Assembly (NCBI GenBank): GCA_965655095.1
Contig: OZ296648.1
Span: 172,422,001-172,486,000, forward strand
DNA length: 64,000 nucleotides
Reading direction: 5' to 3'
From: Haplodiscus bocki
Lineage: Eukaryota
Shown: piece by piece, positions 24,951 through 37,494 of the stretch
How the letters are laid out: each line of letters begins with the position of its first letter
Position numbering within the stretch: position 1 is the first letter of the stretch
The notes under the pieces: generated by a model
Database searches by the model: none
Told to the model about the DNA's origin: nothing
What the model saw: the letters and a program-made list of their open reading frames with translations, nothing else
Position numbers and translations under genes: made by a program

Positions 24951-27900
24951 ATTCTCTTAGTCTGATTAGTATCATACATATTCAGCTAAAAAATGACCCA
25001 AGAGATGTCAGAAGGAAGACTCGGTTGTCCTTTTTTGGATCTATCAGTGTATTGCATATTCAAAAAGGATTTTTTTCAAGTTTTGAATTTCTAGCATCGG
25101 AAATTTTGATTTGGTTGAGCTGTTCTCCAGTTGACTGAGCAATCGCTTTCAATTGCTGATGTTTTATGTCAGGAGCCTGCGTTTTTGCAGATTGTTGAGC
25201 CAAATACTAAAGTAACCACCGGCAGTCAATTTTTGTCGAGTGGCGATGTCCCGATGATAATTATAGCTGTTGAATCTATTCCGTGGAGGCTGCGGACGAG
25301 TTTGTGGTTCAGTAGCTTGGCCTTGTGTATAAATATACGACCATACGGCCGTCCGGGGAGCGTTCGCAAAAAAATAATAGACTCAAAGAGTGGAAGCTTT
25401 CCTGGTTGATTGCGCAAGTACAACGGGCTGATAATTGCCGTCTAGCACCTAGGTTCTGTGTAGGCTAGTTTCAAGAAAAGTTTTGTTTGCCGGCTTTACC
25501 GGAGTTTCTGGCTCAAGTGCGGGTGGTGGTGGGGACGAGGGGCCTGAGCTTGCCCCAATATAACATGTGGTGCATCAACTTGCGCTGATGCATCATGGGT
25601 TCCAAAAACTGGAACAATAGCTTTTGGCAAGGCAACCGCTGGATCAACAACTGCTCCTTGTATAAAATGTTGCAGTTTGTCATGTTCTTTTCCCAACAAC
25701 TGACGAGGAGTTTGTTATGCTGTGGTATTCTAGAGTGAGTGTTTTAGGGCTGAGTCAAATAATTCGCGCTCAGAACGGAGTTTACCTGGACGTGGATCAG
25801 GCCGAAACTCATCTGTTGCTATAGAGATATCCTTAACTTCATATTTGGGTGTCATCTGCAATGGACACTTTGAATGCAACGCGTACCAAACTTTCTTTTT
25901 AAATTGTTGGACTCCGGTTGATCTTTTTCAGCTTGACATTGTTAAAGCCAAATTGTTGTTGATTTGGCCTAGTCAAAGAAAAGTTCAACAATAAGCAATT
26001 CTGTTGGTCAGCCAACAGTTTTATGGTTTTTTTGTCGTACTGTGTACGGTATTTGTGGTAAGCATCAAGCAGTCTCGCTTCTGTGTGTGAGAATTGTTTG
26101 AACAAAGGACCTTGCGAATTAATTAAAAAATCTGACGTGAGTTCTTTTCCGTTCAAAAAGGACTCCAGATTTGCAAATCAATAGATATGATTGGGTATCG
26201 AATGTGAAACAATAAGCTAGGAGTAGATTCAAATGATGATTGGTAAAAATTGTTATGAATGATAGTGGAAAATTCAGCACACCGATACCAGATGATCCAA
26301 CTTTCGTCCCCAATAATGTTAAGAAAAAGATTCCGTGCTAACGTGAGTGTTCAACTACTCCAAAGGTCCGTGGATTAATCAACAGAGCGTGTTTTTAGTG
26401 ATTTTTAAGTACTTGAATCAGTTCGTTTTGTATATTGCCTATGAAGCTTGTTCCCAAGTTCGACGTTAGTGTTAGAGTAAAATTGATCAGTGTGCAAAAA
26501 ATTGAAAGTATTGTTATAGCTAACGGCATGTGTCGATGTTAATGGAACTCCAAACTGCTATTTGGGAAACACATTAATGCCTGAAACAGCGTTTTTGTAT
26601 TTTAGTCATGAGAAAAGATCAACCAAATCAATTTGCATCCTGTCTATTTGAAAAAGTTGTTCCGATGAGGCTGGCTGCAAAGGAGGGTTCAATTGCTTCT
26701 TGTTGATTCCAGTCAGTGTCGGACATGCGAAACAGTTCCTTTTAAAAGCCTTGAGGAACTTAATGAACCCCGGAAAATAGAATCTTTCAGTGAACTCTTG
26801 GGGAATTCGGATGAAACAGATGTGGCGAAATGTCTCTGTGTTAAGAGTTTCATATATTACTTCTTGTCTCAAATAATTTGGAAAGCACACCAGATGGAAG
26901 ATTTCTGTAGCATTGTCAGAAAACTGACGCGTCAAGAGTTTTTTCTCTTTGCAAATGGCATTGGTGCTTTTGGTATTTTTTTTACTCCGGTTGATGCATA
27001 TGTAACATCATCTGTGCATCCTTTTTGAATATAAGCCATAACTTTACGCAATGTTTGATATTTTCTTCTTTGTCTGAGTGTCTACCACTTGTGTAACCGA
27101 CTTCCACATTTCAGAGAATTCAATGAGCTATTGGCTTGAATTGAAAAGTTTTCGGGTGCTCGTTTCAGAGCAAATAGTTCAATTGTTTTTTTTTGGTGAA
27201 GCAGAACAAAAACGTTTGTTTAGGCTATGAACTAAATTTGTGAAAGTAGAGTTGGCTTGTAGGTGTGTTTTTAAATCTTTTGGTTTTTGCATTTTTCTCA
27301 TGTCATATAAAGTACTCTTCGGTCCTATGGACTAGATAGGTGCATCCGCTGTTCTAATTTCCTTCTCTACGTCATACTGTTTCTTTGACAAAAACTGGAA
27401 GAATTGGAGTTCCAAGCTCAAACTTGGATCAGTTTGCATTATGGAAAGAAACTATGCCGCTGATTTTATCAACCGATTTTATGCGCTAAGACTGTGTAAT
27501 GATCAATCACCCTATCCACAAAGCTCCAGGGTGATGGAGGAAGTGATTTTAAATGAGGAAACCAAAGAAATTTTGATGTCCGTCAAAACCACCAGCAGTT
27601 TTACTGCACTCCAGATAAAACGAAAAAACTACTCTAGTGCAAAATAGGCTGCTAAAAAATCTTCACAATGCGTAGGCACTTTTAATTGACTTGTGCTGAA
27701 AAGTGGAGAAGCGAACAATACTGGTGCTTGTTTCACAGTTCTGTCTGTATGATCGAAAGAGTCTTCTACACTGAGAGCAAATCTACCACTGTAATACCGC
27801 AAAAATACATTTTGTTCTCCAGGCTTCCCTAGTCTTAGAATCGTTGTTGTAGCTTTTGAAAGGTCTTTTTTTTGTTTCAAAGGATTGTCATTGAAGGATA

Positions 27901-29600
27901 ACATACCATTTTTTCGAAAAAATTTATGCACACGCATCAAATTTCGAGCAGGATTAAGCAAAAAAGTACGAAAGAATAATACGAAACCAACCAGCCGTCT
28001 CACTTGTCTAACCGTTGCTGGTAATTTCATTGTCTTCAAAGCTTTCCCTTTTCTCTCGATTTCCTCATTTCTTGCGTTTAATGATGATTCACCATTTTGA
28101 ATATCGAATTGTTGGAAAAGGAAACTTTTTCGGTTGTCAATGTTTGAGCAATTTCCACGGTTGTGACCTCTAAAGCCTTTACTTGGTTAAATATTTGGTC
28201 AAAGAACGTTGCCTCTAAACTTCTCTCCGTATCTTCCTCGACTTTGATTTTGGTTTGGGTAGTTATACCCTTTTTGAGTATCGGAAGATCTTGTGTTTAC
28301 ACGATTGTGAATAAAGCTTCCTTTTGAAGTTTTTGTCCTTTTTCGTTGCTGGTTAAACTTTCGGGTTGAGCTTCGTTGCGACATAGTATTTTTTCCAGTC
28401 AATGCAATAACTCTTTTTTCAAGAGAGTTTTGGTGTTTTGTTATTTTGGTTAGGTTGAATGAGCCTTTTTCGATTAATCTGTACTCTTTTTATCAAATCT
28501 GTCTCTAAATTAGTTATCTACTGGGCATAATTCTCCCAAAAGCAATTTTCGTCTGACTTTTGTTCACAATTCATGGGTTGTGGCATCTCCGAATTCTTCG
28601 AAAAGTTTATGTTTTATGCAATTGGGCATTGCATTTTTGAAAAATACAGTTGTGTGTCTAATTTTTTCTCTCTAATTTTCCCCATAGTCATTTTCTGTCG
28701 TTTCCCGATCAAATCCGTCATTGTCATTTAGCACAGTGTTTTCAATCGTTGCCACTGGTTGATATGCTGCTGTGAGTGGGATAAACTTCCTTCGCTTAGT
28801 TTCAAACTTTCACTTGAAGTTCATCAGGAGACTCCGTTTTGTTGTTAAATTTGATGTTTTTCAATATAATGTGATGTATTTTTCTCAAGCATGGGTTGCA
28901 AAAATGATTTTTTTTCAAGCCTGTGATTGTTAACTTTATCTCTGTTTTCGTGTTTCTATCTTATGTGTAGAAAAACTGTAGTGCTGATTCTTCCAAGTGA
29001 AGTTTCAAGAATCTGATTCCTTGATTTGCTGTAACATCGGTTATGCCTCGAAACAAGGACTCGAAATCGGTCCATTTGTAGCTTGAACTTCCTCCGTATT
29101 TTGGGAGAGAAACTGTTGATTGTGCATTAGCTGCCACTTTTACTAAACGAATTTACGTCGTCACGATTGGCGAAAGTTCCCAGAAGATGAGAGCCTTTTA
29201 AAAAGATTCGGTTTCAGAAGATATTGAGTCAAAACGAAAGAAAAATTACAACTACTGCCTTATTGTCAATTTAGGTCATCAAGGGCTCCCGGCGAAATCT
29301 ATTGTTTCTGGATGATGATTGAAACCAATCTTTTTGAAAACAATTGGATTTCAACTATCAGTTGACTGCATCTACGTTAACTTTCCTAGGTAAAGGTTAG
29401 GAATAGGACAAAACGAATTCGTACGGAAGCTTTCAGAATCAGAGGATTACTTTTGCCCAACTAGGTATCATTTTTTCCCTCTCCAGTAGGTTGTATGGGT
29501 CTGTTTAGGTTAAGTTAGATTTTTCGGCGAAAACGTAAAGCCTTCTTGTTGTTACGACAAGAATGTACTGCCCTGTTTGTTATTTGCAGCCTAATTAGAG
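24560..29600 (-). mobile_element. Internally deleted, decayed Ty3/Gypsy element C (gag, RT connection/RNase H, integrase, 3' cargo)
   Basis: gag LPKYGG..WTDFESLF..FLKLHLEESALQF (~29000). RT thumb/RNase H MKLPATVRQVRRLVGFV..LRLGKPG..APVLFASPLF..DFLAAYFALE (27629-28039). Integrase MQIDLVD (~26620). Protease and most of RT are missing. Confidence 0.8.
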
Positions 29601-29609
29601 GATTCAGAC

Positions 29610-31574
29610 ATCTAATCATATTTTGTGGTTGTGTATGTTCACTGTTGCAACGTGCTCAGAGATGAATTCAGGACCTTCCTGTGGGGCGCTTTGTCCTGTC
29701 ACCTTGTGATGAGTGTGCGTTAGCCAGTCAATGTTCTTTTCGTTGACGAGCAAATCACTTTCCTCTAAGGTTTTATTAACACGAGTCTCATCAATCCTGT
29801 TTGTTTTTTGTGTCCGTATGCGGGTTTAGTCTACATGAAGCGGTCATTTGAAGGCCTTCGATATTACCCAAAATATCCTCCTGACCAGGTTCCACTACAT
29901 TAACGTCAACACTCCGTCCTGACGGCGCATTGGCTGACACCATGGCCAATTCCAATGTAGGAATCACCTAAATTTCTATGGCAGTCAAAACCGCGTCTTG
30001 GACTCTATTTTCGACTGATGTCATCAGATTATCAAGTTCACTTCGTACCTTACTAACAATATTTTCCTCAATTGTGTGCACATCAACTTGTAAGTGATTA
30101 ACTTGAGTTGGGTTGCTTGTTTTGTCCGATGAAGTACCTCTACTTATCATGTTTTGTCTGGTTTCGGTTTGCGCATCTTGATTGCTTTTTCCAATCTGGA
30201 AATCAGTGTCTCCTTCACTTAATTGGCCGAAAAATTTCTTGTTCTGCTGTTTTTTTGGAAAAACCATTTCAACATCAACAATTAAATTACCCAATGATGT
30301 TGGATAAATTAACACAAATCAACCGGAAGTGAAGATCAATCAGAGAATTAAGGAAAAAATCAGTGTAGATTGTTGTCAGAATCAGCTTGATCTCGTTGTC
30401 ACTAAATTCGTTGCTTCAGTTTTCTGGGTCAATTGTCGGTCGCGACTTCTCTTATGACCCATCATTCGACTTCCAATCAAAACAAGTTTTTCCATGTTGC
30501 CACAAATAAAACTGCAACTAAAACTGAATATATATAGCATCAAAAGAAAAATAGCGTTTTACATGACATCAGGCTATAAATAGCAACAACACATTACTAC
30601 CCCAAATGGCATATATTTGTTTTTCCTGAAAGGTAACGTTTCCTTGGAAAATGCATGTGTTCATTTATAAAGGCTTCAATGAGGTCACTCTAACTATTTA
30701 TGTGGTTAAAGGGCGTATTCAGACAATTTTGGTAGTGTTTTGGGACTGTTTCAGGTCTTGGGTCAACATTAGGAGGCGTGATTGGTGTTTGTCTACATAG
30801 CTTGGTCTGAGAGCGATCAATAAAGGTTATTTTGACCGACATTTACAGCATAGCTTCGAAGTGGTAAATGATTGATCAGAGTGTTATTTAAGGACATAAA
30901 TGGGTTGTATTCATGTAAAAAGACATTGCTTCAAAAATTCGTTTCATTGAATGAAATATAAGTGACATACATGGACAACAAAATATTTCGGTAGAAAGTT
31001 GATTATATATAAACTAAGATTGGTCTTGATTTATTCCGTGGAGAGGTGGTTATTTCGAAATGATCCCTCTATACGCAAAGCTCTTTTATGGTACCAAAGA
31101 AATTACGTACAGCGCATTAAAAGTCTAGTTGGTGGTTTCACTGCGTAGGATTCTACTTCGCTGGCAGGTCGTCAGCCGCTCAAAAGGCTTACTTTGTTTC
31201 TCCAGCTTTTTTTAGCGCCGGTCAAAAAGCTTTCACTGCTTGCTATTTTTACCGATAATTGAGTTTCAGTACTACGCACTGCCATTTTTGGGTGAAAATA
31301 GAATTATGCTTTCAACCATACAGAATAAGGTAGCGCCCAAATCGATTGTTCGCGTCCCAGTACATTATTTAGATTTGTTCATGCCTTTAATTTGACATTG
31401 GCGAAAAATCGCGTGGATTTACTTTACATTAATATTAATATAAGATTTTAGTTACATGAAACGTATTACATATAACACTATTCAGGAGTTTTTAGTTGTT
31501 TCTTCCGTCCTGAAATAGGGCCAAATTTGTTCCGTGGTTTCCGTTCTGGAATTTTCCCCACGTAATGTCATACA
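29610..31574 (-). repeat. LTR-like region plus 5' leader and gag start of Gypsy family A, left copy
   Basis: 29610-31456 aligns colinearly with 43572-45411 and is near-identical over ~30400-30900. A PPT-like GAGGGCGAG immediately followed by TGTATGACA on the minus strand (31583-31566) suggests an LTR start at 31574. Confidence 0.7.
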
Positions 31575-34500
31575 CTCGCCCTCAGCAAGCGGCAGCTTCC
31601 GATACTCCCCTGGGGACAAAAATGAACACTCCGCATTCTAAGCAATCTATGAACGCTCGGCGTTTCAATAGTCTTGCTCTAATTGTTTCGTGAGTTTGGG
31701 TGGTTAAGTACAAATATTCGGCAGCGTTTTCGTCTATTACTTACTCGTAACGTTTGCTGCAACCCAAACAACTTGTGATATTGGCGTTGCCTTGCATGTA
31801 TGCTTGGAGTGTGAGATTTTGGAGATCTTGTGCAATAATTGAAACTTCAGGGAAGAGGTACGTTGTACTAGTTGATGGCTGGATTGTGTCAGAAGGGGTG
31901 GCGATTCTGATGAGTCAGGGATAGGTGTGAGCTGGTGGCAAATTTCGAATGGATGTGGCCGAGGGAATTGCTGTGCAGCAGCCCTTCTGCGGGTCATTGT
32001 GTCCAACATGACCAGTCAACGAAAGTTTCGTCAACCGTTGATGAGTTATCGAGAGATTGGGTAACGGGAGTAGAGTGGGGGGTTGTGTGCCGTCAATTGT
32101 TTGCTCACCCTGGATGATCATGAGTTGGTTTATAGTGTTACATGCATCGTAAGTGTTGGCTAAGAAGTAGCGCTGGGGGGAAGAGCATAGTGTTCAATCG
32201 CTTTCATCACTTCAAATGAAAACTGGGTGAACAACCATCAGCTCGTCTTCTTCAAGACCAAAATGGGTTGGGTATTCTGTCATCGGTTTTGTTTAAAGTG
32301 TTTCAAGACGTTTTAAGATACTTATGAAATTTTAGATTTTTTTGTAAATTTAATCAAACTGTGAGCAGTGAGAGAATTTGAAAGGTATGATTTGATATGT
32401 TTTTAGGGAAAACAATATTTTAATAATCCCTCGGAAACTGTTGTCCACTAAGAGTATTTGATGCTTTTGACTGAATATTCCGTATCCAACGTTAGGTTGT
32501 ACTGTCATGAATAGGTTTCGCGCCATCTTCACAGCTTCTTCGAAGTGGTTATTCATGACAATCGGGTGAATTCTTTACTAATTTTTCAAAGTGATCAAGA
32601 TATTAGCTTCTCGCGTCCTTTTTGATGTGTCGGTATGAAAATATCAATCAATGATAAAGTGTTGGTAAAGTTTGAGAAAATTTATTGAAATTGACTAAAG
32701 TGAAAAGAAGAAACGTTTGTAATTTTCTTGTTTTCCTGGGGTTCAAAGGGTCAACGCTGGCAGAAGTGACCGTGTAATAAGTCGCTAAATATGTAAACAT
32801 TAGATAAGAGACATTGATGCATTGTAAATCCATATTGTACAGCCACGACATCCTGAATTTGAATTGTTGATCTTGAATAGTTTTATCGATATAATTTTCA
32901 AGCGTCTGGATTTTAATCTTGTGTAGAGAACTTTTTTGGAATCAGTCCTCGAGTGTGTTTTGTCAAGTGAGGGATATTGGGAGTCAAAAGAAAGCCAGTG
33001 AGTATCCAGTGTTGTGGAACAGTCATTAGGCGGTCAGTAGACAATTTACGACCTGGAACAAAAGAAACAGACTTTGTGCCGTTTTTGGTCTGTGAATTGT
33101 CCGGAGGAATTTATTGGAGCCAGTCCCAAAATAGTCATTGTTATTGTATTAACCTTGCGCATTGAGTCAGAATTCATTAGTTCTCAAGTCAACTAATGCT
33201 GCCGTAAAGTCTGTAATTGGATCAGGAACTACTTGAAATGTAAAGATTGTTTGTCCTCTTGGCCAGAATGATTTTTTCTTCACTAAAAGGCGTATTTTCC
33301 GGTGTAAGAAACAAATCGTATATCCCGCTTAGGACGTCCAATTGCAAAAATGCCGAAACACTGCTAGAACCTTGCCTCTAAAAATTATTAAGCTTTGTCG
33401 TTTGGGTTAAAAATCCATTTCATTTGGTGCAGTCGACGGAAAGATGCAGACTGGTGAAGTTCGGGGGGAGACTGGGATTAGAGACCAGATTGCCATTATT
33501 TCACCATCTTATTCTTCACCTGCGGAGTCCTTGTCTGTCCTGCAACCCACTAGTATACAGGCAGGAGGAATATTGGAAGTTTGTTCTCTTGAGCCAGCAG
33601 CTATCATGACAGCTGCCGAAGTAGAGTGTTTGCTATCAAGTGGGAGTGAAGGAAAAGAGTCGGCAGTTAATGCTTATACTGAGGACAAGCTTGAAAATTT
33701 TAGGAGGAGTGGGCTGGAGCAGTTGGCGGAAATAAGTGAAAGCGTTATGTAACGAAATTCGCCAGAGCAGGAGGCACCAACTGCTGTGTCGCCTAGATTG
33801 CGTCACAGAAAAAGGCCCATTCACGTAGTTGACGTTAGTGACGCTGGGCCCATGGATGTGTTTCTTTGGGATACTTCAACCCCGTTTAAGGGGCATGCTG
33901 ATGATTTAGTCAACGCAAGACAAGTGTTTTTCGGAATTGGCCGAAGATGTTGATTTGTGTAGTCGAAAAAGGAGAATGTAGTTCCAGATTGGAGATGGGG
34001 ATACGCCACCTTCGGATGACTTGATATGGGTGACTTGGCCAGAGGAGAAGGTCGCAGTGTTCCCAAAATTGGAAATTTTGGTTTGTCGAAGATTGACTCC
34101 CTGGCACGTAGTTGGGTTGGTCAGGCACATGTGCCTACTATCGGTTCAGCGTTGAATTGTATCCGCTCTCGCACGAGTGTCAATGAACGAGTGAAGCTGG
34201 GATGGGGAAACAACGGATTAGTTACTACCCCAGTCAATCTGCGAAAATTTTTTGGAAGGCGTTTTTTGAAATATATCCTCCAATGCATTTGTATCATACT
34301 CACCAGAAGACTAGTTTGAGTTCGGGTGAATTAATCCATTTTGCTCGGGGTGTGGGACTGGAAGTGGTTCTGGTATCGTATGGTAAGCTGAAAGACTTGT
34401 TGGTGAAATCAAGGGTTTGAAATAGGGGTAGTGTAGGACTTGCTGTTGGAGGAAGGTCGTCTAAGTCAAGTCATTGCGGGTCTAATGCTGTGGAAGGTTC

Positions 34501-35385
34501 GGCGTCACGTTCCCAATATTCCCCTCCTACGACTCTGAGACGGCATTGATGAGTCAAGTGAACAATTTGGGGGTGTAACACAACGTGCAGCGGTACCGAT
34601 GGGTCCTTAACGTTGCATCAATTGAGAGATAAATCCCAAGTCAGGTGGATACAAAGATGAATTATCAATCGTCTCGACCAGGACGCCCAAACCCAATTTC
34701 GGCTAGTAAGACTGAGAAAGGGGGTAGATTGTCACAGAAGAGTTGTCCGCCAAAGTTCCAGTCGCTGCTCTATTTGCTACTGGCCCGGGGCCTCCCTTCA
34801 AAATTAGGCACTGTTTCTTTTGCATGTTGTGCCAGAAGAATGTAAAGACGGAATCATGGTGAGTCTCAGATTCGAGGCAGCATTTCAAAAAGACTACCAT
34901 TTTAGGAATGACTAAATGTACCGTGAGAAGTATTTTCCCCGAGCTGTTCTCGGCAAGAATGCAGGTGTACTCAATGGAGAGAAGCTGGAGGAAACCCGAG
35001 AGAAGTACATAAACTTTGACCTGTCCGGGCTAGATAAAAACGCCCCACTAATATGACGTTCTGGAGGGGAAACCCATCGCGTGTACAAGTGAAAAGGACA
35101 AGACACGCAACCAATTGCATCTTTTGATATTTATATTGCTGAGTGGAGGAGAGTCTTGGGGTCTTGAAAAACACTGAACACTAGTGTGGTGCTGTCTGGG
35201 AACTCTGCCTCAACATCCAATTTCAGCTGGAGTCCTTAGCGCATCACTGTAAGTTTTCTAATCTGCGGGCAATAAAAGGTATTATTGACCAATTGTTGAC
35301 CGTTCGAAGGAAATGGCATTGGAATGAATCATGTCTTAAGAAGGTCAAATAAGTATTTTTGACCTTTTTGTGCTTCTTGCTATAG

Positions 35386-37425
35386 GGATTACTCGATCAC
35401 AGTTTCATGTCACTAATGGCCCACTTGAAAACTATTTTGGTTCGGAGCAAACCGTATTCGTTGAAATTCCGGACTTTACCAAAAACGAAGAGTCCTAATT
35501 CGCAATTTGGGGGGGGGGGTTCAGAGCCTGATTAACATGATATTGCCTGATTGAACCGTAATGTTTCTGTTGTGGAGGGCGAGTCCGCTTTGGTTTCCCA
35601 GTTACAGCCTTCCATCTCTGTGATACCGCGAATTTTTACGTGTGGAGGGTGCAGTGCTGATGTCTTGAAAGCACTTTACCAAGATCTTGTTCGTCAAGGA
35701 AGCGTTCAGTTCCAGTTTAGCTCGGCAAATGTAGACGTCAGTAAACATAAGTGTGGGGCTGGTTACGATGCTTTAGGTGGTATCGATATGTTTTCAAAGC
35801 TGCAGGCCCTGTTAGTGCGGTTAACTGGCGCTCTAGATGAGAAAATGATGCACGTCACCACGCATTTGAGACAAGTGGGTGGGTCACTTGTATTTCCAGA
35901 ACTTGGTTATGACTTTATAAATTTGCAGAACGGTTATTTTGTAGGCTGTCGAAAAACAAGCAATCGTTTTGGAGAATTGCCACATAATGGTGGAGTAGAT
36001 GCTCGTTTACTGGGCTCAACTTTCGTTTTTTCTTTCGTCAACTCCTGCTCGCCAAGAATTCCAGAATGTCATCGCGAAGGTACTGTGTTTTCTTGATGTC
36101 ATTTTTAAACGTGTATGAATTAGGTTAATGAGCTTTTTTTTTGTATTTTCAGGGTCAATCAATTGATGGTTATCTGCTGGGGGACAATTTTCTCATGGCG
36201 AGGTTGGATTTATTTCAACATTCAACGAGGGAATACCGGGAAAGTTTCTGAACATTTGCTGGAGATCGGCGGGATTATGGTTTTTTTTTCTGTATGGGCA
36301 TATGATCAACTTCTTTCATCAAGTTCTGCGCCGCATTTTGCCCTGCCGTCTTTTTCCTAAGGTGAATAATGGGACAGTTTGAGATCCTTCGATTTCTTGG
36401 GTAAAGGCTGACTAAAAATTGATCAATTTATGCTGAGAACTAGCTTTTGTGATCACTCTTTGTCAGCTGTTGAAGAGCAGATAAATGTGAAAAAGAAGAA
36501 AGGGAAGATGGAACTTGATCTGCTGCAGCTGCTGTTATCAACGCAAACTATAATCCCTCTCTCGAAGCATGTCGGGGCTTCATGAGGATTGTATGTGAGG
36601 ATCTGTTGCGGCGACCTGCCTGGAAGTATGATCTTGTTGTTGGTTTGGCCTGCTTTGATTTCTTTGTGCTGTTTGAACTCCCTAAGAGTCAGAGTACTGA
36701 GTGCTTCAAACAGTTTTCCAAAGGTTTTAGTGATCGGCAATGGATTGCTAGAGAAAATCGAGGCCTCCTTAAAGACTGCAACATGGAAATCATTGATGAT
36801 CTAAGATCTGTGTTAAAAAAATTTGATGAAGCTGGCAATGGTGTGGAAGTAGACAATATGATTGCACTTTTAGGCCGATCTCCAGAATTGGAACGCCGTA
36901 AACACACATGCTTGTTGTTCGAAAGGTTTTGTTTGTTTCTACCTCATAGTACAGTTTGCATCCCTCATGTTGGTGTGGGTTCTGGGAATCGCCGTGATTG
37001 CACTGTGGATCTGACTTTATTATTGACCTAACACAAAAGTTGTTTCTTTACGCCAGCCAGGCTTGTGGTTTTGTGACAGATTCTCAATCCATTGCTGCGT
37101 GCACTGCTTCGCTAGACAATTTTAATGACTCTTCCTTGGTGTCAAGCTATGATTCGTGGACTTTCGTGGAGTTTAATCAGATGGAACATGTTTATTCAAA
37201 AGTTGCGGTGTGGTACAAAAGTCTCCGATCTCGCTCGTGCCATGGTGAGTCAAATATTGTGTCAACTACTGTTGTTCCTAGTGAATTGCCTAAACAAAAT
37301 CCAAAACCTACTCAAGGCCCAAGAATTGATATCAGCAAGACTTCGAAAGCGCAGGAAGCTAAGCGATTGATTTCGAAAAAGAGGAAGTCAAACCAAGGAG
37401 CTGGTTGTTCCTACGATTGAATAAA
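35386..37425 (+). pseudogene. Antisense spliced gene inside the Gypsy unit; divergent hAT-type transposase-like protein
   Basis: Plus-strand ORFs 35551-36096, 36582-37031 and 36998-37420. Intron-like 36080-36152 (AAG|GTACTG..TTTTTTTTTGTATTTTCAG). AATAAA at 37420-37425 overlaps the stop. ACRGFMRIVCEDLLRRPAWKYDLVVGLACFD and FCLFLPHST recall hAT C-terminal helices. Frameshifted. Confidence 0.55.
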
Positions 37426-37494
37426 GTGAATTCATTGATTTGTGAAATTGCATTTGCCACATTTATATTAGAGTAGAGTTATTAGTCCGCATAT

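Noticed and set aside
27441-27480. Plus-strand NYAADF suggesting a micro-inversion in RNase H
   Set aside because: The minus strand already reads SAA*FLSIMQTDP in the expected place, so the plus-strand match is coincidental.
30395-30410. TAGTGACA(A/G)CGAG as a tRNA primer-binding site marking the LTR end (also ~44350-44362)
   Set aside because: It lacks the TGG start and there is no CA terminus or terminal inverted repeat; the boundary cannot be fixed.
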